DNA from: Bacteroidetes bacterium HGW-Bacteroidetes-7
GTDB taxonomy: Bacteria > Bacteroidota > Bacteroidia > Bacteroidales > UBA932
DNA: 64,000 bases
Direction: 5' to 3'
NCBI GenBank assembly: GCA_002842465.1
Contig: PHDA01000013.1
Location: forward strand, 3,375 to 67,374
In this document: one piece after another, positions 29,550 through 39,272 of the stretch
How positions within the stretch are numbered: the stretch's first letter is position 1
Layout of the letters: every line of letters begins with the position of its first letter
Program-made: the position numbers and the translations under genes
Notes under the pieces: generated by a model
The model's database searches: none
Told to the model about the DNA's origin: nothing
The model's input: only the letters and a program-made list of their open reading frames with translations

Positions 29550-29557
29550 CAAAGATA
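29550..29557 (-). promoter_or_regulatory. Bacteroides-type promoter of the tRNA-tuf operon (-7 TATCTTTG; -33 TTTG ending at 29577)
   Basis: TAnnTTTG lies 37 nt upstream of the first tRNA. A TTTG sits 19 nt further upstream, inside the consensus 19-21 nt spacing. Confidence 0.6.
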
Positions 29558-29610
29558 TATGTTTTTGATTAAACTCCAAAAATTTTTAAGTAAAAAGTGA
29601 GACTATGGAA

Positions 29611-31008
29611 TTATACAAAAACCAATAATCCTACTCTGTAAGCAAAAAATCCTGCAATCCAGGCAACTGCAATAGTGCTAAATATTGAAATCAGTGCCCA
29701 TTTCCAGGTCCCGGTCTCCTTCTTTATAGTATATGCAGTAGCAACACAAGGCATATATAAAAGTGCGAAAATCATGAAAGAGAGTGCATTTGCCTTATTA
29801 AAGACCTCCTCTTCTTTTATTCTGGCCATAAGAGAGGTGTTTATCTTCTCATCTGATGCGGATTCCTCCTCTGCCTGATAAACTACACCAAGGGTGCTAA
29901 TAATAAATTCTTTGGCAGTAATGCCGGTTACAAGACTTACGCTCATCTTCCAGTCAAAACCAAGCGGTTTGAGCGCAGGCTCAACAATTTTGCCAAAATG
30001 TTCCAGATAAGAAACCCGTTGTTCATCTGGATTGGTTTTATCTTTTAACGGGAAATAGTCCAGTGCCCATACGATTATTACCGCAAGAAGAACAACAGTA
30101 CCAATTTTTTTCACATATTGCCAGGCTGCATCCCACATATGTTCTACAGAGTAGGCAAATGAAGGTCTCCTGTATCTTGGAAGTGGAATCGAGAAATCTT
30201 TGATTCCAAAGTTGAAGAAAATTTTTCTGAATAATATGGCCATTGCAATTCCTACCAGAATTCCACCGAAATATAGCAGACTAAGTGCTAAAACCTGATT
30301 GTCGGGGAAGAAAATTCCGGAGAAGAGTAAAAATGTGGGGATTCTTGCACTGCAGGGAATGTATGGAATCATGAGCATGGTAAGAATCCTGTCGGATTTT
30401 CTCTTTATAGTTCTGGTAGCCATTATTGCCGGAACATTGCAACCGAATCCCATAAGCAGAGGAATAAATGAACTGCCATGCAGCCCAATCCTATGCATAT
30501 ATCTGTCCATTATTGTAGCTGCCCTTGATATATATTCAGTCTCCTGCAATAGTGAAAGGAAAAAGAAGAGAATAAGAATATTTGGAAGAAAGGCCAGCAC
30601 GCTTCCCACACCCATTATGACACCCTGACTCAAAAAATCGGCAAACCAACCCTGAGTCATGTTATCTCTGATTAACGTGGCACCCAGATCCATAAGGTGT
30701 TCAATGCCTGCCTGAGGATAAGCTCCAAGTCGGAATGTGAAGAAGAATATGAGCCAGATAATAAAAATAAACGACAAGAGACCCCAAACAGGGTGCGTTA
30801 GATAAAAATCAAGTCTGGAGGTTTGTTCTTCGCTATATTCTTTTAATTTTCTGAGTTTATTATTGTGATTATGTCTTTTGTGATCTCCTTTGTGATCTCT
30901 TCTTTGCTCTCCTTTTCCGTGGTGGCCCCTTTTGGGATTCTCCCTCTCACTATTATATGCTAAATGGTCAAAGACCATTTTTGGGTTTTTATTTTTTTCG
31001 TGCGACAT
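29611..31008 (-). CDS. FeoB-like ferrous-iron transporter membrane domain only (no GTPase domain); His/Lys/Arg-rich N-tail
   Basis: FeoB gate motifs GFGCNVPAIMATRTI and YMPCVATAYTIKKETG, and the DFYLTHPVWG boundary motif. There is no GxxxxGK(S/T) P-loop. The first ATG overlaps the dxs stop by 20 nt. An alternative ATG at 30978 avoids that overlap. Confidence 0.8.
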   Translation of the reverse strand: MSHEKNKNPKMVFDHLAYNSERENPKRGHHGKGEQRRDHKGDHKRHNHNNKLRKLKEYSEEQTSRLDFYLTHPVWGLLSFIFIIWLIFFFTFRLGAYPQAGIEHLMDLGATLIRDNMTQGWFADFLSQGVIMGVGSVLAFLPNILILFFFLSLLQETEYISRAATIMDRYMHRIGLHGSSFIPLLMGFGCNVPAIMATRTIKRKSDRILTMLMIPYIPCSARIPTFLLFSGIFFPDNQVLALSLLYFGGILVGIAMAILFRKIFFNFGIKDFSIPLPRYRRPSFAYSVEHMWDAAWQYVKKIGTVVLLAVIIVWALDYFPLKDKTNPDEQRVSYLEHFGKIVEPALKPLGFDWKMSVSLVTGITAKEFIISTLGVVYQAEEESASDEKINTSLMARIKEEEVFNKANALSFMIFALLYMPCVATAYTIKKETGTWKWALISIFSTIAVAWIAGFFAYRVGLLVFV

Positions 31009-32857
31009 CTATTATAGTATTATATATGCCGTTTATATCATATCCGCATTCGCCGATAAGCTCTTCAACGGTCCCTTGTTCGATAAATCTGTCCGGAACT
31101 CCAAGTCCAACTACCTTAACATTAAGGGAATTAGTGGCAACGTATTCTGAAACGGCAGAGTAGAGGCCTCCTGAAACAGAGCCATCTTCTACAGTTATAA
31201 TGGTTTTGCAATTTGTTGCTGCAGAATCAATTGCAAAGGTATCTATTGGTTTAATAAAACGCATATTGTAATGCATTATGTTAATACCACTCTCCTTTGC
31301 CTTTTCAGCCGCTCTAATTACGTTATTGCCAACAGGTCCTATTGATAAAACTGCAACTTCACTGCCATCCTGCAAGAGCTGTGCTTTGCCCGGCTCGATT
31401 TTTTTATAATTACCCTTCCATTCAAGTCCTTCGCCGTAACCTCTTGGGTATCTTATTGCTGTTGCACCATATTCAGGAAACTGTACTGAGTATAATATGT
31501 CTTTAAGTTCAACCTCGTTTAGAGGTGAAAAAATTGTCAGATTTGGTATACATCTCAGGTATGCCAAATCAAAAACCCCATGATGTGTTGCTCCATCTTC
31601 ACCCACAATTCCTCCTCTGTCGAGGCAAAATATTACCTTAAGATTCTGGATGGCAACATCATGGATTACGTTGTCATATGCTCTTTGCATAAAGCTGGAG
31701 TAGATATTGCAGTAGGGTAGAAGACCCTCTGTGGCCAGACCGGCCGAAAATGTTACTGCATGCTGCTCTGCTATTCCTACATCAAAGGCCCTGTGAGGCA
31801 TCTCCTTCATAAGTATGTTCATTGAACATCCGCTGGGCATTGCAGGTGTAATGCCTACAATCTTTTCGTTTTCCCTTGCCAGAGAAAGCAGCGTCTCTCC
31901 AAAAACATCCTGGTATCTTGACCTTTTTTCATCAGGAGATGATATCCTTTTTCCGGTATTTTTATCGAAAGTACCCGGTGCATGCCATACAATCTGGTCA
32001 TTTTCGGCTGGCATATACCCTTTGCCTTTCTTTGTTATAATATGAAGAAGCTTAGGACCTGGAATATTCTTAATATGCCCTAATGTCTTGATAAGCTTGG
32101 GCAGGTCATTTCCGTCAACCACCCCAAAATAGCGGAATCCCAGAGATTCAAAGAGAGAGCCTGAACGGAAAAATGCAACTTTTGTACTGAATGAAAACCT
32201 TTGGAAAAGCGACCTCAATTTTCTAGAACCTATTATGTTCCAGATTCTGTTTTTGGTTTCGTTATAAATTTGAGATGTGGTAATTTTTAAAAGGTGGTTA
32301 TGCAGTGCTCCTACATTGGGGTCAATAGATATCTGATTATCATTGAGTATCACAAGTATATCGGATTGCTTTGCTCCGGCGTTGTTGAGCCCTTCAAAAG
32401 CAAGACCTCCGGTAAGCGCACCATCACCTATTACCGCTACTACTTTATTATTATTGTTGTTAAGCTCAGATGCAACAACCATTCCTAAGGCGGCAGAAAT
32501 TGAGGTAGATGAATGGCCTACACCAAATGCATCGTACTTGCTTTCGCTCATTTTTGGAAAACCGCTGAGTCCTTTATATTTTCTATTGTTAATGAATTGG
32601 TCTCTTCTTCCGGTTAAAATTTTGTGGGCGTAGGCCTGATGGCCTACATCCCACACAATTTTATCATTAGGAGTGTTGTATAAATAATGGAGTGCGACAG
32701 TAAGTTCAACTGTGCCCAGACTGGCACCTATATGACCCGGATTTTGTGAACAGCATGATATTATGTGCTCCCGAATTTCGGCACATAATTTCTGTAGCTC
32801 CTCTTTTTCCAGGCCCTTTATATCATCGGGTGAATTGATCTTACTTAATAGCTCCAT
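30989..32857 (-). CDS. dxs: 1-deoxy-D-xylulose-5-phosphate synthase
   Basis: 622 aa with GHIGASLG, GHQAYAHKILTGRR and GDGALTGGLAFEGLNNAG (TPP binding). Confidence 0.96.
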   Translation of the reverse strand: MELLSKINSPDDIKGLEKEELQKLCAEIREHIISCCSQNPGHIGASLGTVELTVALHYLYNTPNDKIVWDVGHQAYAHKILTGRRDQFINNRKYKGLSGFPKMSESKYDAFGVGHSSTSISAALGMVVASELNNNNNKVVAVIGDGALTGGLAFEGLNNAGAKQSDILVILNDNQISIDPNVGALHNHLLKITTSQIYNETKNRIWNIIGSRKLRSLFQRFSFSTKVAFFRSGSLFESLGFRYFGVVDGNDLPKLIKTLGHIKNIPGPKLLHIITKKGKGYMPAENDQIVWHAPGTFDKNTGKRISSPDEKRSRYQDVFGETLLSLARENEKIVGITPAMPSGCSMNILMKEMPHRAFDVGIAEQHAVTFSAGLATEGLLPYCNIYSSFMQRAYDNVIHDVAIQNLKVIFCLDRGGIVGEDGATHHGVFDLAYLRCIPNLTIFSPLNEVELKDILYSVQFPEYGATAIRYPRGYGEGLEWKGNYKKIEPGKAQLLQDGSEVAVLSIGPVGNNVIRAAEKAKESGINIMHYNMRFIKPIDTFAIDSAATNCKTIITVEDGSVSGGLYSAVSEYVATNSLNVKVVGLGVPDRFIEQGTVEELIGECGYDINGIYNTIIDVARKK

Positions 32858-32889
32858 AGGTCATTATAACAACTAACTAACACAAGAGT

Positions 32890-34254
32890 TTATTTTTTTA
32901 TGTTAGGTAATTGAAGTCCGTATCCTTTTTTCTTATCCTCAATTTTTACCATAAATGCAAGAAGTATTGCAAATGAACACATTCCGGCAAAAATCATCAT
33001 TGGTAAAGTATAGTCGTATTTGTTTACCTCAATTCCGTTAAGTACATGTGTCCCAATGATGCAATACTTATCCAGTACATAACCAATAAGTACAGGCATT
33101 CCCCACAAACCGATATTTTGTATAAAGAAGGTGAGGGCATAAGTTGTACCCAGTTGCCTTTCAGGCATAATTTTAGCCAGTGAAGGCCACATTGCAGATG
33201 GAACCATAGAGAATGCAACACCAAGAAGGATCATCAGAATTACGGCAGCAATCCAGTGATCAATAAACGGCATTGCAAACAACGTGTGTATAATAACAAT
33301 CATAAAAGATCCAATGATCATAAGGTCGGCACCGTGTCCGATTTTGTCATAGATTCTTCCGAACAATGGTGTAAGGATAATTGCTCCGAATGGAAGCATG
33401 CCAGGAATTGTGCCGGCAAGTTTAGGATCTACGGAGAATTTATTTACCATAAGATCGGTTGCATACTTGATAAAAGGGAATGCAGCAGAATAGAAAACTA
33501 CGCAAAGCAGGGCAATAAGCCAGAAACCTTTATTTGTAAGAATTGACTTAACATCTTTCATATTGAAAGACTCTTCTGCCTCATTCTCGAGCTTCATCTG
33601 GTTGTCAAGCTTTTTGTCGTAAAAAGCATACACCATGAATGAAAGGCTACCTGCAATCATTAGCGCAAGACCAAAAAATACAGAAGGAGAAACACTCTGA
33701 AACTTAGCTGCAATCATAGGTGAGAAGATAAGAGCTGCAGCGGAACCCATACGGGCAATCGATAGTTGCATACCCATTGCAAGTGCAAGCTCTTTGCCTT
33801 TAAACCATTTAACTATTGCCTTACTGACTGTTATACCCGCAACTTCGGCTCCAACACCGAATATTCCAAATCCGACAACAACCCAAACAACCTGTGCCTT
33901 AAGCCCAAATATCGAAGCTGCTTGAATAAGATCAGGGGATGAAATTGCCCAGTACTTGATGGTAAGACCAACAACCATGAAGAGACAAGAGGTTATACCG
34001 CTGAAACGGATACCCATTCTGTCTAGCATAATACCTCCGATAATAAGTAGTCCGAGGAATACATTAAAGAGAGAGTATGAGCTGCTGAACCATCCGTATT
34101 CAGTACTTGTCCACTGATTATGCTGCTCGAGCATCGTTTTCAACGGAGAGAAAATGTCAGATGCCAGATAAGCTGCAAACATAGTCAGCGCCACCAGCAA
34201 CAGCATTGACCAGCGCATAACGGCTGAATCTTTGAGATTGGTAGTTTTTTTCAT
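32890..34254 (-). CDS. MFS transporter (substrate unknown)
   Basis: 454 aa with about 12 predicted hydrophobic helices and an MFS loop motif (MLDRMGIRFSG). Confidence 0.75.
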   Translation of the reverse strand: MKKTTNLKDSAVMRWSMLLLVALTMFAAYLASDIFSPLKTMLEQHNQWTSTEYGWFSSSYSLFNVFLGLLIIGGIMLDRMGIRFSGITSCLFMVVGLTIKYWAISSPDLIQAASIFGLKAQVVWVVVGFGIFGVGAEVAGITVSKAIVKWFKGKELALAMGMQLSIARMGSAAALIFSPMIAAKFQSVSPSVFFGLALMIAGSLSFMVYAFYDKKLDNQMKLENEAEESFNMKDVKSILTNKGFWLIALLCVVFYSAAFPFIKYATDLMVNKFSVDPKLAGTIPGMLPFGAIILTPLFGRIYDKIGHGADLMIIGSFMIVIIHTLFAMPFIDHWIAAVILMILLGVAFSMVPSAMWPSLAKIMPERQLGTTYALTFFIQNIGLWGMPVLIGYVLDKYCIIGTHVLNGIEVNKYDYTLPMMIFAGMCSFAILLAFMVKIEDKKKGYGLQLPNIKK

Positions 34255-34296
34255 AAAAAAAGTTAATGATTAGTGTGTATTGATAATTGAAAGAAT

Positions 34297-35568
34297 TTAC
34301 TCTTCACTTCTGATTATAGTCTGACTTCTGTCCGGCCCCAGTGAGATAATCTTGATTGGAACTCCAACCTCTTTCTCAATAAATCGCACATAATTCATGA
34401 ATTCAAACGGAAGGTCCTCCTCTTTTGTGACCTTTGTCAAATCTCGCTTCCATCCCTTAAATTCTTTATATACAGGCTCAATCTGAGCAAAAGTATCGTA
34501 AGGAAAAGATTCGGTTAGTTCTCCGTTTACCTTATATTTAACGGCAATCTTAACAGTGTCGAAAGCGTCAAGAACATCGGCTTTCATCATTATTAGATTG
34601 TCCACACCATTTATCATAACTGCATATTTCAAAGCAATCATATCAAGCCATCCGGTTCTTCTTGGTCTGCCCGTTGTTGCTCCGAACTCTGCGCCAACTT
34701 CTCTGAGCTTTTCTCCGGTTTCGTCAAAAAGTTCTGTAGGAAACGGTCCGCTGCCTACTCTGGTACAATATGCTTTGAAAATACCTGAAACCTTGCCAAT
34801 GTGCTTTGGGGCAACTCCTAGTCCAATGCAAGCACCTGCGGTGGTTGTAGTAGAGGAGGTCACAAAGGGATAAGAGCCAAAATCCACATCCAATAGCGAA
34901 CCCTGAGCACCTTCTGCTAAAACCCTTTTTGCATCATTTAGAATATTGTTTATAAGGTACTCTCCATCAACAAGATTAAAACTCTTTAAGTACTCAATAG
35001 CACCCATCCACGCAGATTCGTTCTCTTCGATATTGTATTTGTAATCGAACTGCTTAAGAAAAGATATGTGCTTGTTTTTAAGGTTTTGGAATCTTTCGGC
35101 AAAGTTATCAGAAAGAATATCACCCACTCTCAGTCCGTTACGACCGGTCTTGTCCATATAGGTGGGGCCGATGCCCTTTAGGGTGGAGCCGATTTTTGAA
35201 GCTCCTTTTGCCTGTTCTGATGCAGCATCAATGATTTTGTGACTTGGCAGAATAAGGTGTGCCTTTTTCGAGATAATAATTCTCTCTTTGACAGGCACCC
35301 CAATCTCTTCTAGCTTTTTACACTCGTCATAAAAGGACAATGGGTCTATAACAACACCGTTTCCAATAATATTTTGTGTGTTTTTTCTAAATATTCCGGA
35401 GGGGATGGTATGCAGTACAAATTTCTTATCCTCAAACTGAAGCGAGTGCCCGGCGTTTGGACCTCCCTGGAATCTGGCTATAACAGGATAGCCATTTGCT
35501 AAAACATCGACAATTTTTCCCTTCCCTTCATCTCCCCATTGGAGACCCAGTACTACATCAACTTTCAT
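34297..35568 (-). CDS. purA: Adenylosuccinate synthase
   Basis: QWGDEGKGKIVD P-loop, GIGPTY, and TTGRPRRTGWLD. Confidence 0.97.
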   Translation of the reverse strand: MKVDVVLGLQWGDEGKGKIVDVLANGYPVIARFQGGPNAGHSLQFEDKKFVLHTIPSGIFRKNTQNIIGNGVVIDPLSFYDECKKLEEIGVPVKERIIISKKAHLILPSHKIIDAASEQAKGASKIGSTLKGIGPTYMDKTGRNGLRVGDILSDNFAERFQNLKNKHISFLKQFDYKYNIEENESAWMGAIEYLKSFNLVDGEYLINNILNDAKRVLAEGAQGSLLDVDFGSYPFVTSSTTTTAGACIGLGVAPKHIGKVSGIFKAYCTRVGSGPFPTELFDETGEKLREVGAEFGATTGRPRRTGWLDMIALKYAVMINGVDNLIMMKADVLDAFDTVKIAVKYKVNGELTESFPYDTFAQIEPVYKEFKGWKRDLTKVTKEEDLPFEFMNYVRFIEKEVGVPIKIISLGPDRSQTIIRSEE

Positions 35569-35585
35569 ATCAAAAATTATAATTA

Positions 35586-36038
35586 TTAAAATGGCAGATC
35601 ATCCGCTTCGGGCATATCTGCATTGTTATTATTGCCGGCGTTAATGATATCTTCTGCCTTTATAGAAGATGCAGCCTGCTCTCTGTCGGGACCTCTTTTG
35701 TCATCACCGGCTCTGTCAAGAAGAACAATGCTATCGGCAAAAATTTCGGTCGCATATTTTTTTTCACCTGTATTTTTATCGTTCCAGCTGTTTGTTCTGA
35801 TGCGGCCTTCGATATAGAGTTTAGACCCTTTGTGAATATATTTTTCGGCCAAATCTGAAAGAGATCGCCAACACACTATGTTGTGCCATTCAGTCTGCTC
35901 CTGAAGGTCTCCTGATTTGGTCTTGAATTTCTCTGATGTTGCCAGAGGAAACCTGGCTACTGATGAATTGTTTGCAAGGTGCCGTATGTCCGGATCCTTT
36001 CCAACATTACCAATTAACATTACCTTATTTAACGACAT
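35586..36038 (-). CDS. ssb: Single-stranded DNA-binding protein
   Basis: OB-fold N-terminus (NKVMLIGNVGKDP...TEWHNIV) and an acidic C-terminal tip DDLPF. Confidence 0.93.
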   Translation of the reverse strand: MSLNKVMLIGNVGKDPDIRHLANNSSVARFPLATSEKFKTKSGDLQEQTEWHNIVCWRSLSDLAEKYIHKGSKLYIEGRIRTNSWNDKNTGEKKYATEIFADSIVLLDRAGDDKRGPDREQAASSIKAEDIINAGNNNNADMPEADDLPF

Positions 36039-36060
36039 AATGTACCCTTTTTAGTTCTGA

Positions 36061-36068
36061 CAAAGATA
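36061..36068 (-). promoter_or_regulatory. Candidate -7 box TATCTTTG for ssb-purA
   Basis: TAnnTTTG match 23 nt upstream of the ssb ATG. Confidence 0.45.
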
Positions 36069-36075
36069 AAAAAAA

Positions 36076-36825
36076 TTAGCAATTTCCACCCACCATTTTC
36101 AGGGCTTTAAGGTCAGGTTGGATGCCCGTAAAAATTCTGAACGAAGGTACCGCCTGAGAAACAAGCCACTCCCTACCTGAAATGTATTCGATACATTTAT
36201 TTGTATTCAGGTTAGGATTTTTATAGTTTGCCTCAAAAATTATAAGATGGCTAAAATCAATAGTTTGCGCATTTATCAAAGGTACATCTATTGTGTAAAC
36301 AAGTAAGTTGCTGATTTTTAGTAAGTCTGAGATATGGTCCTCAGGTTGGTAACTTACATCAAATTGTTGTGCCAGCTCAGCCGCTTTTTCAACAGTACGG
36401 TTAACAACCGTTACCTCCATACCCAAATCTTTTAATGCCAGAACAGCAGCCCGGGCCGCTCCACCGGCACCTGCAACCACAGCTTTACCCGATTTTAAAC
36501 CTCTGGCAATCAGTGGGTCTTTAACGCCATAATAATCTGTATTATAGCTTGTTAATTCGCCTTCATTATTAAGTATGAGATTTGTGACACCTGTTTTTTT
36601 TGAAATTTCATCATGGAAATCACAAAAATTCATAAAACTCTCTTTGAATGGAGAGGTTATGTTCGCTCCTCTGTAGCCTTCTGATAGAAATATGTCAAGT
36701 GCTTTAGCGGCATCATCACTTTCAATCAGCCCGTATGTCCAGTCTGTATCAGGGTAGGCTGCTCTGAAAAGAGAGGGACTCAAGCTCTTTGATACATTAT
36801 TGCCTATAAGTGCGAATTTTTGCAT
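36076..36825 (-). CDS. aroE: Shikimate dehydrogenase
   Basis: FALIGNNVSKSLSP, GANITSPFK and GAGGAARA motifs. The listed ORF starts at a TTG (36870) that overlaps the upstream gene. The ATG at 36825 (MQKFALIG) fits. Confidence 0.88.
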   Translation of the reverse strand: MQKFALIGNNVSKSLSPSLFRAAYPDTDWTYGLIESDDAAKALDIFLSEGYRGANITSPFKESFMNFCDFHDEISKKTGVTNLILNNEGELTSYNTDYYGVKDPLIARGLKSGKAVVAGAGGAARAAVLALKDLGMEVTVVNRTVEKAAELAQQFDVSYQPEDHISDLLKISNLLVYTIDVPLINAQTIDFSHLIIFEANYKNPNLNTNKCIEYISGREWLVSQAVPSFRIFTGIQPDLKALKMVGGNC

Positions 36826-36832
36826 TGTAAAG

Positions 36833-37630
36833 TCAGGTATTCTTAAATCCTCTTTGTCTGAGAGCCTCAAAACAGATTATTGCAGCGGATACGGAAACAT
36901 TCAAAGAGTCAAGTTTGCCACTCATAGGTATTTTTATTCTGTGATGGGCTCTCTCCCTCCAATATGCTGTCAACCCTTCGGCCTCAGTGCCCAGTACCAA
37001 TGCCATAGGGCCTGAGAGATCGGTTTTATGGTACCATTCGGCTGCCTGAAGTTCTGCGGTGTAAATTTTTATGTTATTTGCCACAATCCAGTCGTGAGCT
37101 TGTTGCGATGTGCAGGCAAAGACATTGCGTGAAAATATCCCACCAATGCTTGATCTTATAACATTAGGGTTGTAAATATCTGTATGTGGGTCGCAAATTA
37201 TCACCGCGTCTGCATTGGCGGCATCGGCTGTTCTTATAATAGCCCCAAGATTACCGGGCTTCTCGACACTTTCAAGTATCAAAACCAAAGGATTTTTGCC
37301 TGGCTTAAACTGCGAGAGCATTAACTCTCTCTGCCTCATGACTGCAATTACGCCCTCGGTTCCCTCTCTGTATGCAACTTTGGAGTAAAGCTCTTTGTTG
37401 ATAGAGTAGTAGCGGGGAGCCTGAATGGTTATAAGATTTTTTTCGTCAAATATTTCAGGACAGAAGTAAACCTCTTCACATTCAAATCCTGCATCAAGTG
37501 CATTTGAAATCTCCCTTTTGCCTTCGACTGTAAACAGACCCCTCTCTCTTCTCTCTCTTGATTTTTCTCCAAGAAGGATGAGGTCTTTTATTTTAGGATT
37601 TTTGAATGAAGAGAGCTGATCTATATACAT
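36833..37630 (-). CDS. TrmH/SpoU-family RNA 2'-O-methyltransferase
   Basis: SpoU motifs: LESVEKPGNLGAIIRTA, LVLGTEAEGL and IPMSGKLDSLNVSVSAAI. Confidence 0.85.
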   Translation of the reverse strand: MYIDQLSSFKNPKIKDLILLGEKSRERRERGLFTVEGKREISNALDAGFECEEVYFCPEIFDEKNLITIQAPRYYSINKELYSKVAYREGTEGVIAVMRQRELMLSQFKPGKNPLVLILESVEKPGNLGAIIRTADAANADAVIICDPHTDIYNPNVIRSSIGGIFSRNVFACTSQQAHDWIVANNIKIYTAELQAAEWYHKTDLSGPMALVLGTEAEGLTAYWRERAHHRIKIPMSGKLDSLNVSVSAAIICFEALRQRGFKNT

Positions 37631-37639
37631 TACTGATAA

Positions 37640-39193
37640 TTATTCTCCTTGTTCTTCTGACTCCTGGTTTTCCTGCTTGCTACCCTTTTCAGGACGCATT
37701 TGAGGGAAAAAGAGCACATCCTGAATGGAGTGAGTGTCTGTCAGGAACATTGTAAGGCGGTCGATGCCAATACCCATTCCTGAAGTAGGAGGCATACCGT
37801 ATTCAAGTGCTCTTACAAAATCCATATCTATAAACATTGCCTCATCGTCACCCTTATCTTTAAGTTTAACCTGCTCGCGGAATCTCTCAAGCTGATCAAC
37901 AGGGTCATTAAGCTCACTGTATGCATTTGCAAGCTCTTTTCCGTTTACGAACAGTTCGAATCTCTCTGTAAGCGCAGGATTTGAGCGGTGTCTCTTGGTA
38001 AGTGGCGAGGTCTCAACAGGATAGTCGGTTATAAAGGTTGGCTGAATGAGGTGATGTTCACAATATTCACCAAAAATTGCATCAATCAATTTACCTATAC
38101 CCATTGTGTTGTTAACCGGAACATTAAGCTTTTGACAAACAGCTCTTAAGTCATCTTCGCCCATTCCTGCTACATCAACCCCGGCATACTCTTTAATAGC
38201 ATCCAACATTGGCAGTCTTCTGTATGGAGCCTCAAACTCAATCTCTTTATCTGACAACTTAAGCAACGTTTTATTATGCAGAGCAAGGGCAACCTTTTCT
38301 ATCATCTGCTCAACAAACTCCATCATCCAGAAATAGTCCTTGTAGGCAACATATATCTCAAGAACTGTGAATTCAGGATTGTGTGTTCTGTCCATGCCCT
38401 CGTTTCTAAAATCTTTGGCAAACTCATATACTCCCGTAAAACCACCTACGATAAGCCTTTTAAGGTACAGTTCGTTGGCAATTCTCAAATAGAGAGGCAT
38501 ATCCAGAGCGTTATGATGGGTAATGAACGGTCTTGCAGTTGCTCCTCCCGGAATTGGCTGAAGAATAGGGGTCTCAACCTCTAGATAGCCGTGGTTGTTG
38601 AAGAACTCACGCATTGTATTCATTATTTTAGTGCGCTTAATGAATACATCTCTTACCTGAGGATTTACAATCATATCTACGTATCTCATCCTGTAACGCT
38701 GCTCAGGATCTGTAAAAGCGTCGTACTTCTGACCCTCCTTCTCCTTAACAATTGGAAGCACCCTGAGCGATTTGCTCAGAACCTTTAGCTCCCTCGCGTG
38801 AACAGAAAGCTCTCCGGCATTTGTGATAAAAGCATAACCCTTAATGCCAATAATGTCGCCAATATCAAGCAGTTTTTTGAAAACCGTGTTATACATGGCT
38901 TTATCTTCACCGGGGCAAATGTCGTCTCTCTTTATATAAACCTGAATTCTGCCTGTTTCGTCCTGAATTTCCATAAATGAGGCGGCACCCATAATCCTGC
39001 GGGTCATGATTCTTCCCGCCAGCGAGATCTCCTGCAGATTCTTCTCGTCTGCATTATATTTGTCTTTGATTTCCTGAGTGGTAATGTTAACATCATACGC
39101 CTCCGCAGGGTAAGGTTCAATGCCAATTTCCCTCATTGCTGACAGCGATTCTCTTCTAATAATTTCCTGTTCGTTGTACTCAGTAAATTCCAT
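37640..39193 (-). CDS. lysS: Lysine--tRNA ligase (class II)
   Basis: FRNEG and GMGIGIDRL class II motifs. The N-terminus [17 protein letters not shown] resembles Bacteroidetes LysS. The listed TTG start at 39220 lies inside the predicted -7 box. Confidence 0.95.
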   Translation of the reverse strand: MEFTEYNEQEIIRRESLSAMREIGIEPYPAEAYDVNITTQEIKDKYNADEKNLQEISLAGRIMTRRIMGAASFMEIQDETGRIQVYIKRDDICPGEDKAMYNTVFKKLLDIGDIIGIKGYAFITNAGELSVHARELKVLSKSLRVLPIVKEKEGQKYDAFTDPEQRYRMRYVDMIVNPQVRDVFIKRTKIMNTMREFFNNHGYLEVETPILQPIPGGATARPFITHHNALDMPLYLRIANELYLKRLIVGGFTGVYEFAKDFRNEGMDRTHNPEFTVLEIYVAYKDYFWMMEFVEQMIEKVALALHNKTLLKLSDKEIEFEAPYRRLPMLDAIKEYAGVDVAGMGEDDLRAVCQKLNVPVNNTMGIGKLIDAIFGEYCEHHLIQPTFITDYPVETSPLTKRHRSNPALTERFELFVNGKELANAYSELNDPVDQLERFREQVKLKDKGDDEAMFIDMDFVRALEYGMPPTSGMGIGIDRLTMFLTDTHSIQDVLFFPQMRPEKGSKQENQESEEQGE

Positions 39194-39217
39194 TATTATA
39201 AACATTTTGATAAGGTA

Positions 39218-39225
39218 CAAAAGTA
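39218..39225 (-). promoter_or_regulatory. Candidate -7 box TACTTTTG for lysS
   Basis: TAnnTTTG match 25 nt upstream of the ATG at 39193. Confidence 0.45.
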
Positions 39226-39257
39226 ATTTTTTTTATCTATATCCCGAAATTAATCGC

Positions 39258-39265
39258 TAACTTTG
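39258..39265 (+). promoter_or_regulatory. Candidate -7 box TAACTTTG for recJ (very short leader)
   Basis: TAnnTTTG ends 7 nt before the recJ ATG at 39273. Confidence 0.4.
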
Positions 39266-39272
39266 CGAAGAT

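Noticed and set aside
29611-31008. Annotating the G-domain-less feoB-like gene as a pseudogene.
   Set aside because: The 465-aa frame is uninterrupted, both gate motifs are intact, and it has a plausible ATG. Truncation alone is not enough evidence of decay without comparison to orthologs.
36826-36870. TTG-initiated extension of aroE that overlaps the TrmH-family gene.
   Set aside because: The ATG at 36825 (MQKFALIGNN) matches the AroE N-terminus and removes a 38-nt overlap.
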